A stretch of DNA of 64,000 bases, from assembly GCA_018651725.1 (NCBI GenBank), contig JABIDK010000014.1:70625-134624 (forward strand), read 5' to 3'. Below, piece by piece: positions 1 through 10,450 of this stretch (position 1 is its first letter; the number at the start of each line of letters is the position of its first letter). The DNA comes from Candidatus Falkowbacteria bacterium. GTDB taxonomy: Bacteria; Patescibacteriota; Patescibacteriia; JAACEG01. The translations under genes and the position numbers were made by a program. The notes below the pieces were generated by a model. The model ran no database searches, was not told the origin of the DNA, and saw only the letters and a list, made by a program, of their open reading frames with translations.

Positions 1-66
1 AAAATTTCCAAAAACAACTTCTGGAAATAGTTCGTGCTTTGGCCGATAAAAGTGTAAAAAAACAAG

Positions 67-552
67 ATGAGAATAAATAATTTTATGACCCCAGATTTTT
101 TTAGAAAAGGTAAAATCCCTGAGAGTCTGCCGGAAGGTATGACGGTTGTTATTAGTGATTTGAAGAATTTAACAAACAAAGAAGAATGTCTAAAGCAGGC
201 TTATGATATTTTATCTGAAAAATATCGAGGATATAGGATAGAAACTTATTTAAAATTATTTAATCTATTTGAGTCTAATTTGAACAAGATTTGGAATAGG
301 TCAGGTTTCCTTCATTGTAATACTTTAAATTATTTGTTAAGAATTTTGCTTATCAAAAGTGGTTTTTTTAGCGAAGAAGATATAAAATTAAAATGGACTC
401 TGGTTTATTATATTTCTCCGCATCAGTATTTGAGAATTAAGACTGACAAAGGCGAGTGGGTAAATATTGATCTTTGGGGAAAAACTTACGGAATAAAATT
501 TGGAAATTACGCCCACGGTTTTAACAGCAGATTATTTTCTGTAAAAAAATAA
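67..552 (+). CDS. Hypothetical protein, transglutaminase-like cysteine protease fold
   Basis: 161-aa ORF; spacing of HC(N), H(QY) and W..ID resembles a transglutaminase Cys-His-Asp triad. Confidence 0.5.
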   Translation: MRINNFMTPDFFRKGKIPESLPEGMTVVISDLKNLTNKEECLKQAYDILSEKYRGYRIETYLKLFNLFESNLNKIWNRSGFLHCNTLNYLLRILLIKSGFFSEEDIKLKWTLVYYISPHQYLRIKTDKGEWVNIDLWGKTYGIKFGNYAHGFNSRLFSVKK

Positions 553-686
553 TCAAATAAGATTATAATAAATTTACTAAAAAAGAACAAAAATCCCGTT
601 ATTGTTTTAGTGGGATTTTTATTTTTTTAAAAAATTTGGTATACTGTAATTAGTCAAAAGTTGTTTGAATTATTTTTTTATTTTTT

Positions 687-1577
687 ATGGCTTATTTGCT
701 GAGTGATTTTAAATTGAAAGTTGGGTATTGGATTGTTACGCATAAGATTTTTATTAAAAAATTAGCGGTTTTTGGTTTGTTTGTTTTAAATATTTTGTTG
801 GTTAGTTTTTCTTTTGTAAAATTGGTGGAGTATTATTCTGTTGGCTCGGTTCAGTTTGAGAAGATGATTCATCAGCTCGGTATTTATAATATTGATTATG
901 TTAGTTATCAAAGAAAAAACGCTCCGCAGAATATTAAGATTATAGAAATAGACTCCATAAATTTAGGGAATAATAAATATAGCTTTATTGCCAAGGCAAA
1001 AAATCCCAATATAAATAAATGGGTGGCAACAGAACTGGAATATTATTTTGTATATAATAATCAAAAAACCGAGAAAAGCAAAACTTTTATTTTACCTGGA
1101 GATGAAAAATTTTTTGGAAGTTTTAATATTGAAAGTCCTACAAAAATTGCACGTCCTCGACTTGTTATCTCTGGCGTAAAATGGGAAAGAATCAGAGCCG
1201 GGGATCTGGAGGATTTTTTAAACAAAATAAAAGAGCATGTTAATTTTAGCATTACAGACGAGAAATTTTTAAACGCAAGTGATCTTGGGGTTCAAAGTGA
1301 GGGACCAATGAGCGCTATTAGATTTACTGCTGAGAACAAAACAATCTATGGTTACTATGAAGTTGGTTTTTTTGTAGTTACTTATGTTGGGCCGGTTATT
1401 ACGAGTGCTAACTTTTTTCAAATAGATAGTTTTTTACCACAAGAAAAAAGAGAAGTTGAGCTTCGTTGGCATGGAGCTATTTCTCGGCCATCGCGGATTG
1501 AGATTATCCCGGAGATAAATATTATGGACAAAAATTTTATTATGCGAGAGAATGATACTGTCGGGCTACCTAAGTAA
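687..1577 (+). CDS. Membrane-anchored hypothetical protein with extracellular beta-rich domains
   Basis: 296-aa ORF, single N-terminal hydrophobic segment, lies directly upstream of rodA. Confidence 0.6.
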   Translation: MAYLLSDFKLKVGYWIVTHKIFIKKLAVFGLFVLNILLVSFSFVKLVEYYSVGSVQFEKMIHQLGIYNIDYVSYQRKNAPQNIKIIEIDSINLGNNKYSFIAKAKNPNINKWVATELEYYFVYNNQKTEKSKTFILPGDEKFFGSFNIESPTKIARPRLVISGVKWERIRAGDLEDFLNKIKEHVNFSITDEKFLNASDLGVQSEGPMSAIRFTAENKTIYGYYEVGFFVVTYVGPVITSANFFQIDSFLPQEKREVELRWHGAISRPSRIEIIPEINIMDKNFIMRENDTVGLPK

Positions 1578-1595
1578 TTATTTAAACAAACAGTA

Positions 1596-2690
1596 ATGAT
1601 TAAAATTAAAAATTTAGGTTTTATTGAGTGGGGGTTATTTACAATAACCCTTATTTTATTATTGTTTGGTTTAGTGATGATCTACAGTCTTGATTTGGCT
1701 CAGGATAATGGTTTTTTGTTTTTTAAAAAGCAGTTAATCTTTGCTTGTATCGGAGTGGCCTTGTTTTTTATTTTTAGTAATTTTAACTATAAAATTTTAA
1801 AAACTTATAGTTATTGGTTTTATTTATTTGCCTTAGGATTACTTTTCGCAGTGTTATTTGTTGGAGAAACTATCAGAGGAACCAAGGGTTGGTTTGCTTT
1901 GCCAGGATTTCAATTTCAGCCCGTGGAGCTTACGAAGATATTTTTGATTCTGGTGTTAGCTCGTTTTTTTGCCTATCGCGCTTATGAGATTAAAAGATTT
2001 CAAACAATTATTTTAAGCAGTGTTTTATTTGCACCTTCTTTTTTATTAGTAATGTTTCAGCCCGACCTTGGTTCAGCCATAGTTTTGTTTATGATTTGGT
2101 TGGGAATGGTTTTGGTTAGCGGAATTAAGAAAAAACATCTGGCTATCATTGGAGTGATTTTGCTTGTTGTTTTTATTTTGGCTTGGTTTTTTGGTTTTAA
2201 AGATTATCAAAAAGCCAGGATAGCCACTTTTTTAAATCCGGCTTCTGACTCACTCGGAATAGGCTATAACGTTATTCAATCAACTATTGCGATTGGCTCC
2301 GGACAAATATTTGGCAGAGGAATTTCTTTGGGAAGCCAGAGCCAGCTTAATTTTTTGCCGGAGGCTCACACTGATTTTATCTTTTCCAGCTTGGCCGAGG
2401 CTTTGGGTTTTTTAGGAGCAAGCTTAGTTTTATTTTTATATGGATTTTTATTTTTTAGAGTAGTAAGAAAAATAAAATCAATAAAAGGAGATTTTGCTGT
2501 TTTTTTAGTGGTTGGTATTTTGATTTATTTTATTTCTCAGATTGTTTTAAACATCGCTATGAATATGAGTATCGCTCCTGTTGTCGGATTGCCTTTACCG
2601 CTTCTCAGTTATGGTGGTAGTTCACTTGTAGTAAGTATGATAATGCTTGGGATTATTTCTCAAGTCTTAATAAGGGCTAAGTATGAGTAA
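1596..2690 (+). CDS. rodA: SEDS-family peptidoglycan glycosyltransferase RodA/FtsW
   Basis: Motifs QPVELTK, QPDLGSA, AIGSG, LPEAHTDFIF, SYGGSSL; multiple TM helices. Confidence 0.93.
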   Translation: MIKIKNLGFIEWGLFTITLILLLFGLVMIYSLDLAQDNGFLFFKKQLIFACIGVALFFIFSNFNYKILKTYSYWFYLFALGLLFAVLFVGETIRGTKGWFALPGFQFQPVELTKIFLILVLARFFAYRAYEIKRFQTIILSSVLFAPSFLLVMFQPDLGSAIVLFMIWLGMVLVSGIKKKHLAIIGVILLVVFILAWFFGFKDYQKARIATFLNPASDSLGIGYNVIQSTIAIGSGQIFGRGISLGSQSQLNFLPEAHTDFIFSSLAEALGFLGASLVLFLYGFLFFRVVRKIKSIKGDFAVFLVVGILIYFISQIVLNIAMNMSIAPVVGLPLPLLSYGGSSLVVSMIMLGIISQVLIRAKYE

Positions 2691-4107
2691 ATCAAAAATA
2701 TTGTTATTTTCTTCTATTTCTTTTATTCTCGGTATTGCTTTTTCAGAATTTTTAGCAGTACCTTTTTTTATTGTTTATACAATATTTATTTTAACAGTTG
2801 TTACCCTGTTTTTAAAAAATAAAAAAAGATTTTTGTTATTTTTTTTACTTTTCTTTTTAGCTGGAATATTGCGCTTTGATTTTTCCAGACCAAAAGAAAT
2901 AAATGTAGAAGAAAAAATAATTTTTAACGGAATTATTATAGAAGAAGTAGAAGATAGAAATGATTATCAAAATTTAGTTGTTCAAGATGAGATAGGCAGA
3001 AGAGCTCTGGTTAGGGTCAATAGCTATCCAAAATATTTTTTTGGGGAGAGTTTAAAAATAAACTGTAAGCCAAAAGCAATTGACTTGGAAAGCTCTTATG
3101 GTCGATATTTAACAAAGAATAAAATAAACTATATTTGCTATTATCCAAAAATTGAAGTTTTATCTTCCGTGTCAGGCAATACGGTATACTCGCAAATTTT
3201 AAAATTCAAGCAAAATGGAAAAGAGATAATTAACAAAAACGTTCCTTCCCCGGAAGCGGAAATTTTAGGAGCTATGCTTTTGGGGTATAAAAAAGAAATT
3301 CCCCAAGAATGGAGAGGGCGTTTTTCAATAGCTGGCATAAGTCATATTGTGGCGATATCCGGAATGCATTTGGTTATAATAAGTATTATTTTAATGATCG
3401 GTTTAATTCGTGTCGGACTTTGGCGTCAACAAGCTTTTTACGCTACTATAATTTTTTTGTGGCTTTACATTACAATGATTGCTTATCCGGCTTCGGCTGT
3501 GCGAGCCGGAATTATGATTAGTTTAGTTTTATGGGCGCAACATTTAGGGCGAGCTCGAAATGTAATTTCTGTAATTTTTTTCGCAGCCGCTATTTTGCTT
3601 TTAGTTAATCCTTTATTTTTATTAAGCGACATTGGTTTCCAGCTTTCTTTTTTAGCTGTTTTGGGTATTATTTATTTAACTCCGATTTTTTCTTTTTGGT
3701 TTCGTAAAGTTCCGGACTTTTGGGATTTAAAGAAAATTTTACTCGTCACTTTATCTGCCCAAATCGTCACTCTGCCACTTTCGGTTTATTATTTTGAAAT
3801 TATTCCGCTTTTGGCTCTTCCTATTAATCTGATTATTATTCCGTTATTGCCGATTATTTTTATTTTAGGGATGTTGATTATATTCACAGGATTTTTTTGG
3901 TCGAGTGTTTCAATTTTTATTGGATATTTAGTTTGGGCAATTTTAAATATTGTGCTTAAAATAGTTTTAGCGATTTCTTCATTAAAATTCAGTAGTTTTC
4001 AAGTAGAAGAAATTAATCTTTTCTGGATATTCGGAGTTTACGCAATTTTAATTTTTGCAGTTTATAAAATAAAAAAGAAGCAAGATTTTGAAATAATGAT
4101 GGAGTAA
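2683..4107 (+). CDS. comEC: ComEC/Rec2 competence channel, membrane (Competence) domain half
   Basis: GISHIVAISGMH, SAVRAGIM, GFQLSF motifs; many TM segments; no C-terminal MBL domain. Confidence 0.9.
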   Translation: MSKSKILLFSSISFILGIAFSEFLAVPFFIVYTIFILTVVTLFLKNKKRFLLFFLLFFLAGILRFDFSRPKEINVEEKIIFNGIIIEEVEDRNDYQNLVVQDEIGRRALVRVNSYPKYFFGESLKINCKPKAIDLESSYGRYLTKNKINYICYYPKIEVLSSVSGNTVYSQILKFKQNGKEIINKNVPSPEAEILGAMLLGYKKEIPQEWRGRFSIAGISHIVAISGMHLVIISIILMIGLIRVGLWRQQAFYATIIFLWLYITMIAYPASAVRAGIMISLVLWAQHLGRARNVISVIFFAAAILLLVNPLFLLSDIGFQLSFLAVLGIIYLTPIFSFWFRKVPDFWDLKKILLVTLSAQIVTLPLSVYYFEIIPLLALPINLIIIPLLPIIFILGMLIIFTGFFWSSVSIFIGYLVWAILNIVLKIVLAISSLKFSSFQVEEINLFWIFGVYAILIFAVYKIKKKQDFEIMME

Positions 4108-4111
4108 TTTT

Positions 4112-4987
4112 ATGCTTCTAACTAAACAACAAAAAGTTCAAATTTTTTCACTGATTATTTTTTTAGCGGGATTTTTTGGATTTAATATTTTTTCAACTCA
4201 AGAAAATAGCGATAAACTAAGAGTGACATTTTTTGATGTTGGACAAGGAGATTCTTGCTTAATCCAAACTCCTTTTGGACAGGACATTTTAATTGATGGC
4301 GGTCCGGATAAAAGCGTTATTCAGAAGTTAAGTAAAGCAATGCCTTTTTACGATCGAACAATTGATATGATAATTATCACTCATCCGCATGCTGATCACA
4401 TCACCGGCATCATAGAAGTTTTGCAAAAATACAAAGTTGAAAAAATTTATTACAGCGGAGTTATGTATCCGTCTGATTTTTATGTTGAGTTGCTGCAAAA
4501 AATTGAAGAACACAATGTTCCAAAAATTGTGATTAATAAAAATCAAGAAATAAATTTGGAACAAGATTTAAATTTAAAATTTTTATTTCCAAACGAAGAT
4601 TTGCGAGGAAAAGAAGTTTTAAATTTAAATAATACCTCTTTGGTTGTAAGAATGGATTATAAAAAAGATTCTTTTTTATTTATGGCAGATGCCGAGCAAG
4701 AAGTAGAACAAATTTTACTAAAAGAAAGTTTAGATTTAAAAGCAGACATTTTAAAAGTAGGCCACCAAGGCGCGGCTGATTCCAGTAGCCAAGAATTTCT
4801 AAAAGTAGTTTCTCCGGAAATCGCCATTGTCTCGGTTGGAGAAGACAACAAATACGGCCACCCCTCAAGAAGAGTTTTAAAGCGTTTAGAAAAATTAAAC
4901 GCAGAAATATTCCGCACAGATCACAACGGAGACATTAAAATAATATCTAGTGGAGATAATGATTATAAAGTTATAGTTGAAAGATAA
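4112..4987 (+). CDS. ComEC-associated metallo-beta-lactamase-fold nuclease (separate C-terminal half of ComEC)
   Basis: DVGQGD, LIDGG, THPHADH, KVGHQG, YGHP motifs; N-terminal TM anchor; starts 4 bp after comEC. Confidence 0.88.
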   Translation: MLLTKQQKVQIFSLIIFLAGFFGFNIFSTQENSDKLRVTFFDVGQGDSCLIQTPFGQDILIDGGPDKSVIQKLSKAMPFYDRTIDMIIITHPHADHITGIIEVLQKYKVEKIYYSGVMYPSDFYVELLQKIEEHNVPKIVINKNQEINLEQDLNLKFLFPNEDLRGKEVLNLNNTSLVVRMDYKKDSFLFMADAEQEVEQILLKESLDLKADILKVGHQGAADSSSQEFLKVVSPEIAIVSVGEDNKYGHPSRRVLKRLEKLNAEIFRTDHNGDIKIISSGDNDYKVIVER

Positions 4988-4995
4988 AGCTTGTA

Positions 4996-5024
4996 TTGAC
5001 TTTTTCTATATTTATTGCTATAAA
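4996..5024 (+). promoter_or_regulatory. Sigma70-type promoter upstream of purL
   Basis: TTGACT(4996-5001)-17 bp-TATAAA(5019-5024) with TG extended -10. Confidence 0.6.
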
Positions 5025-5040
5025 ACAGGAAACAAAAGAG

Positions 5041-5073
5041 GAGGGACAACCTAGGAAATAGGCTGTCTTTTTT
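5041..5073 (+). terminator. Terminator/attenuator-like hairpin in purL leader
   Basis: GGGACAACCTA-GGAAA-TAGGCTGTCTTTTTT stem-loop with U-tract. Confidence 0.5.
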
Positions 5074-5167
5074 GATTTTTGAACTTTGACAATTTAAGGA
5101 GAAAATAGATTGTAATGTAATTTTTGGCTTTTAAATTAAAGAAAAACTCAAACAAAGGAGAACGAAG

Positions 5168-8100
5168 ATGAAGAAAAAAGTTAAACAGTTTTACCGCATG
5201 ATTGATGGCATGGAATTTTGCTTCAATGTGGAGCACACAGAAACTTTGACCGATGCAGAATTAGGTCAATTAAAACTTTTATTTGCAGATGGCTTTATTG
5301 CTGAAACTGTTACAGAGAAACCAGGTATAGCAGATGAGGTAGTAGCTGAGGTTGGACCTCGGCTTAACTTTGAAACGGCTTGGTCGTCCAATATGGTTTC
5401 AATTTGTCATGCAACCGGCTTGGACAAAGTTACTCGCGTTGAGCGATCGAGGAGATATTTTGTTGATAACGATGTGAACAGACAAGAGTTTATTGATTCT
5501 CATCACGACAGGATGACAGAATGTCATTATCTTGAATCGCTTTCAACTTTTGATACCGGTATTGAACCCGAATCTGTGTACGATGTGGAACTTATTGATG
5601 GTGGAGCAGATCTTCTCGAGAGTATCCCTGGTATCTCCATGGATTCGCGGGATCGTAATTTTTACTACGATTACTTTGTAGGTAAGCATGAGCGTAACCC
5701 AACGATTGTAGAGATCATGGATCTGAATAATGCCAACTGTGAACATTCACGGCATGGTTATTTCAGAGGCAAGCATGTGATTAACGATGAAGAAATGGAC
5801 GAAACTCTTTTAGAGATCGTCCAATCAACTCTCGCGGGAAAGGAAGAAAATAGCATTATTGCTTACACGGATAACTCCAGCGGGATTTACGGCAGACCAA
5901 TTAATACAATTATACCGGAAAATCCTGGCTATCCATCCAAGTTTGAAAGCAGTTATCCAACTTATCATATTCTTTTTACCGCGGAAACTCATAATTTTCC
6001 AACCGGCGTGGCTCCTAAACCTGGAGCTGAAACCGGAACAGGTGGAAGAATTCGTGATATTCAGGGAACAGGAAAAGGCGGATTTGTAGTTGCCGGAACT
6101 GCTGGATATTGCGTGGCGAATTTGCATATTTCCGGATACGATCTTCCTTGGGAAGAACGGCTTGAATATCCGTCGAATTTGGCAAGCGCCCTGCAGATTG
6201 AAATTGAAGCCAGTAACGGTGCCTCCGACTATGGCAACAAATTTGGTGAACCGGTTATTCAAGGCTTTACTCATTCTTTTGATATGCGTTTTCCAAACAA
6301 TGAACGATGGGGATTTTTAAAACCCATCATGTTCACCGGCGGAATCGGTCAGATTGATGATCGACACATTGAAAAAGAAGAACAAGAAAAAGGAATGCTT
6401 ATCGTTCAAGTAGGCGGACCGGCCTATCGAGTTGGCTTTGGCGGTGGCGCGGCATCGAGTATGTTACAAGGTGACAACGTTGAAGATCTTGATTTTAACG
6501 CTGTTCAGCGTGGTAATGCTGAAATGGAGCAGAAGATGAATCGAGTTATTCGCGCTTGCAATGAAATGGGTGATAAAACTTTAATTGATGTCATTCATGA
6601 TCAGGGTGCCGGTGGTCCAGGCAATGTCTTAAAAGAACTGGTTGAAAAATCAGGTGGTTGGATTGAAATTCGCAGAATTAATGTTGGTGATCCAACTATG
6701 TCGGTGCTTGAGATTTATGTAGCTGAGTATCAGGAGCGAAACGGTTTTCTGATTTGCCCTGAGAATATTGAGCGTTTTCAAGCGATCTGTAATCGTGAAA
6801 AAGTCAACTGTGAAGTGTTGGGTGAAGTAACCGGTGACATGCGCTTTGTTGTTCGTGACGAACAAGATGGCTCAACCCCGGTTGATGTTGAACTGGACGT
6901 TGTTTTAGGGGATATTCCTCAAAAAACATTTGAAGCTGTTCATGTTGATCCGCACCTTAAACCATTAGTTTTGCCAGAAGAATTGACTGTGAAAGATGCG
7001 CTTCGCGATGTTTTACGTCTTATGTCTGTTGGTTCAAAGCGTTTTTTAACTAACAAAGTTGACCGAGCTGTGACCGGACTGGTTGCTCAGCAACAATGTT
7101 GCGGTCCTTTGCAGCTTTCGGTTGCTGACGTGGCTGTGATTGCGCAAAGCCATTTTGTAAAAAGTGGCGCAGCCACTGCAATTGGCGAACAACCAAATAA
7201 AATGTTGGTTGATCCGAAAGCAGGTGCGCGTATGGCCGTTGGTGAAGCTTTGACAAATCTGGTTTGGGCAAAAATCGATGACTTAGACAGTGTAAAATGT
7301 TCCGCTAACTGGATGTGGGCGCCAAAACTCCCAGGTGAGGGAGCGGCGCTTTATGATGCGGTTGATGAAATGCGTGGCTGTATGAAAAAACTTGGCGTTG
7401 CAGTTGACGGCGGTAAAGATAGTTTGTCAATGGCGACCCGCGTTGGTAAAGAGACTGTTAAATCTCCGCGACAACTTGTACTTTCAACATACGCAACTAT
7501 GTTGGATATCAACAAAGTTGTTACCCCGGATATTAAAAGACCGGGCGAAAGTCGAATACTTTTTATTGATCTTAGTAATGGAAAAAATCGATTGGGCGGA
7601 TCTGCTTTAGCGCAGGTTCATAAGCAAATCGGCAACGAATCTCCGGACATGGATGATCCGGATCTTATCAAACGAGCATTTCAAGCAACACAGGAACTGA
7701 TTGGCAGAGATATTATTCTTGCCGGTCACGATCGAAGTGATGGTGGATTTATAACCACTGTTCTGGAGATGGCTTTTGCTGGAAATTGCGGATTCGCAAT
7801 AGATGTAGCAAAAACAGACGATGTTCTGGCAACACTTTTTTCCGAAGAGCTTGGGTTGATTATTGAAGTTGCTAGTGAACAGGTAAAATTGGTTCAAGAA
7901 ACTTTTGATAATCACAGGGTTCCATGTATTGAAATTGGACATACCAAGAAAGAAAAACTCATAACGATTTTTTCTGATTCCGGTTTTGTCCTGTGGAAAG
8001 ACATGAGAGTGTTGCGTTCGTGGTGGGAAGAAAGTAGCTATCAACTTGAAAAACAACAGATGAACCCGGACTGCGCAAATGAAGAAAAGGAAAATATTTA

Positions 8101-8986
8101 TGATCGCAAAGGACCGAGTTATAATTTGAGTTTTACACCTCAAAAAACATCATCGGAAATTCTTCTGATGAACGATAAACCCAAAGTAGCAATTTTGCGT
8201 GACGAAGGCAGTAACTCCGATCGCGAGATGGCCTCGGCGTTTTATCAAGCCGGGTTTGAGCCATGGGATGTGACCATGACCGATCTGCTTGAAGACCGGA
8301 TTAATTTAGAACAATTTCGCGGTCTGGCTGCAGTTGGAGGTTTTTCCTACGCTGATGTCCCAGAAAGCGCTAAAGGCTGGGCAGCAACGATCATGTTTAA
8401 TGAAAAGTTAAAGGCGATGTTTAATGAATTTTATACTCGCCCCGATACTTTTTCATTAGGTGTGTGTAACGGTTGTCAGTTGTTTGCACTCATTGGCTGG
8501 GTTCCATGGCAAGGAATTGCGCCGGAGGACCAACCGCGATTTGTTAAAAATAAATCCGGTCGTTTTGAATCTCGCTGGTCAACAGTTAAAGTGCTGGAAA
8601 GCTCTTCAATTATGCTCAGTGGCATGGAAGATATGATATTTGGTATTCATGTTGACCATAGTGAAGGACAACTTGTTTTTCCAAACAAGGATGTTTTTAA
8701 AGAGGCAGCAACTAATCTCCAACTACCTGTTGCCTATGTTAATGACAACAATAAAATAACTGAAGATTACCCGTTTAATCCGAACGGATCTGCGAACGGA
8801 TTGACAGCCATTTGTACAGAAGACGGTCGTCATCTGGCAATGATGCCTCATCCGGAAAGATGCTTTCTGCCTTGGCAATGTCATTGGTTACCGGAAGAAA
8901 TGAAAGAAGAATTACGCCAAATTGGTGTGTCGCCTTGGATGAAAATGTTCCAAAATGCATACGATTGGTGTATAAAAGCTGAGTAA
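5168..8986 (+). CDS. purL: Phosphoribosylformylglycinamidine synthase, large single-chain type
   Basis: 1272 aa; EHSRH, AETHNFPT, HDQGAGG, GGKDSLSM, glutaminase GVCNGCQ and MPHPER; SD AAAGGAG. Confidence 0.96.
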   Translation: MKKKVKQFYRMIDGMEFCFNVEHTETLTDAELGQLKLLFADGFIAETVTEKPGIADEVVAEVGPRLNFETAWSSNMVSICHATGLDKVTRVERSRRYFVDNDVNRQEFIDSHHDRMTECHYLESLSTFDTGIEPESVYDVELIDGGADLLESIPGISMDSRDRNFYYDYFVGKHERNPTIVEIMDLNNANCEHSRHGYFRGKHVINDEEMDETLLEIVQSTLAGKEENSIIAYTDNSSGIYGRPINTIIPENPGYPSKFESSYPTYHILFTAETHNFPTGVAPKPGAETGTGGRIRDIQGTGKGGFVVAGTAGYCVANLHISGYDLPWEERLEYPSNLASALQIEIEASNGASDYGNKFGEPVIQGFTHSFDMRFPNNERWGFLKPIMFTGGIGQIDDRHIEKEEQEKGMLIVQVGGPAYRVGFGGGAASSMLQGDNVEDLDFNAVQRGNAEMEQKMNRVIRACNEMGDKTLIDVIHDQGAGGPGNVLKELVEKSGGWIEIRRINVGDPTMSVLEIYVAEYQERNGFLICPENIERFQAICNREKVNCEVLGEVTGDMRFVVRDEQDGSTPVDVELDVVLGDIPQKTFEAVHVDPHLKPLVLPEELTVKDALRDVLRLMSVGSKRFLTNKVDRAVTGLVAQQQCCGPLQLSVADVAVIAQSHFVKSGAATAIGEQPNKMLVDPKAGARMAVGEALTNLVWAKIDDLDSVKCSANWMWAPKLPGEGAALYDAVDEMRGCMKKLGVAVDGGKDSLSMATRVGKETVKSPRQLVLSTYATMLDINKVVTPDIKRPGESRILFIDLSNGKNRLGGSALAQVHKQIGNESPDMDDPDLIKRAFQATQELIGRDIILAGHDRSDGGFITTVLEMAFAGNCGFAIDVAKTDDVLATLFSEELGLIIEVASEQVKLVQETFDNHRVPCIEIGHTKKEKLITIFSDSGFVLWKDMRVLRSWWEESSYQLEKQQMNPDCANEEKENIYDRKGPSYNLSFTPQKTSSEILLMNDKPKVAILRDEGSNSDREMASAFYQAGFEPWDVTMTDLLEDRINLEQFRGLAAVGGFSYADVPESAKGWAATIMFNEKLKAMFNEFYTRPDTFSLGVCNGCQLFALIGWVPWQGIAPEDQPRFVKNKSGRFESRWSTVKVLESSSIMLSGMEDMIFGIHVDHSEGQLVFPNKDVFKEAATNLQLPVAYVNDNNKITEDYPFNPNGSANGLTAICTEDGRHLAMMPHPERCFLPWQCHWLPEEMKEELRQIGVSPWMKMFQNAYDWCIKAE

Positions 8987-8994
8987 ATTAAAAT

Positions 8995-9028
8995 TGGTCC
9001 TTGTTGAATATTATTCCAACAAGGACCA
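8995..9028. repeat. Intergenic inverted repeat between purL and purM (no U-tract)
   Basis: TGGTCCTTGTTG...CAACAAGGACCA 12-bp stem. Confidence 0.7.
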
Positions 9029-9052
9029 CAACTTTTCACAGGAGGAAAAAGA

Positions 9053-10192
9053 ATGACTGATAAGTACAAAGAAGACGGTGTTGATATTGACGTGGGAGAT
9101 GCTTTTAGTAAGCTTGCAGGATTAATTGCCAGATCTACTTATGATATTTCTCCGTTTGTGAAAGTGCATGATCTTTCCAAAGGAATGTTCAGAGGCCCGA
9201 GAGGATTTACCTGGCAAAATCTTCCAAAAGGATGCATTAACACTGGAACAGTAGACGGTATTGGTACAAAAGTTGTGATCATTGTTGCGTCAGGAAAAGC
9301 GGAGACCAGCGCCAATGATGTGATAGCCATGACAGCAATGGACATTACCCGTTGGGGTGGGTTGCCATTGGTGTTTCTCAATGTTTTTGATGTCAGAACT
9401 CTTGGAGAGATTGGCTCTGAAACCTATCAACTTTGTCAGAATGTTATGGCTGGCCTAGGAACCGTTGCTAAAGAACATGGATATGTTGTTTTGACCGGTG
9501 AGACCGCTGAGCTTGGCAAATGTGTTGGATCTGAAGATGAACAAGCAAAGCTTATGTTTAATTGGGCCGGCACAATGTTGGGAGTCTATCATCCAAATAA
9601 AATGATCTTGGGTGACACGCTTGCTCCCGAACAAAGCATTATTGTCTTTGCTGATTATTTTCGCAGTAACGGCATCAGTAGTGTGCGCAGAGGATTAGCC
9701 AATCATAGAGGACGTATGTGGTGGCAAAATTCTCAAGCAAAAGAAGATATCATTGCTTGTGCAACTCCATCAAAGCAATATGATCGCATGTTCAATGAGG
9801 CTCATGGATGGCTCAATGAGCCAGAATTTGATTCTCTTGTTAAAATGCATTTGATTGTTCATCTTTCAGGAGGTGCGTTTGAATCAAAACTGGGTGAAGA
9901 TATACTTAAGCCCCTTTGTTTGTCGGCTGAACTTTCGGATTTATTTGACCCGCCCGATATAATGAAAAAATGCGCTAATTGGAGGGAAATGGAACCTCAG
10001 GAATGTTATAAAACCTGGAACGGGGGACAGGGTGCATTAGCGGTAGTTGATAAGAAAGATGAAGGAATAATGCTTGCCTTGGCTGAAAAATATGGCATCC
10101 GGGCAAGAGTTGCCGGACAAATCACCGAAAGAAAAGAGCACACCGTTACCATTAAATCAAAATTTGGCAATGGAGAGATGATTTATTATTAA
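9053..10192 (+). CDS. purM: AIR synthase (phosphoribosylaminoimidazole synthetase), divergent
   Basis: YKEDGVDI, DGIGTK, GETAEL, SNG, TWNGG motifs; follows purL. Confidence 0.85.
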   Translation: MTDKYKEDGVDIDVGDAFSKLAGLIARSTYDISPFVKVHDLSKGMFRGPRGFTWQNLPKGCINTGTVDGIGTKVVIIVASGKAETSANDVIAMTAMDITRWGGLPLVFLNVFDVRTLGEIGSETYQLCQNVMAGLGTVAKEHGYVVLTGETAELGKCVGSEDEQAKLMFNWAGTMLGVYHPNKMILGDTLAPEQSIIVFADYFRSNGISSVRRGLANHRGRMWWQNSQAKEDIIACATPSKQYDRMFNEAHGWLNEPEFDSLVKMHLIVHLSGGAFESKLGEDILKPLCLSAELSDLFDPPDIMKKCANWREMEPQECYKTWNGGQGALAVVDKKDEGIMLALAEKYGIRARVAGQITERKEHTVTIKSKFGNGEMIYY

Positions 10193-10221
10193 TAAAATTC
10201 TCGTTCTTTAATAACAATAAC

Positions 10222-10250
10222 AAGCCGTTGGTTTACCAGCGGCTTTTTTT
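10222..10250 (+). terminator. Rho-independent terminator after purM
   Basis: AAGCCGTTGG-TTTA-CCAGCGGCTT followed by T run. Confidence 0.8.
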
Positions 10251-10450
10251 CTTGATTTAAAGCCAAATGCTTGCTTGTACTTTTTATAGTTATAAAGTTT
10301 AGAACCGCTAAACCTATTATTATTGACTTTTAAGGTGAAAAATGTAAACTTAAATAAAATTAACTTTTTTTATCAGGTTAATTTTATTTAAGTTTGAACA
10401 TTACAATTTATTTTATTTTCAATTTTTAAAATCATACAAAGGAGATTAGC

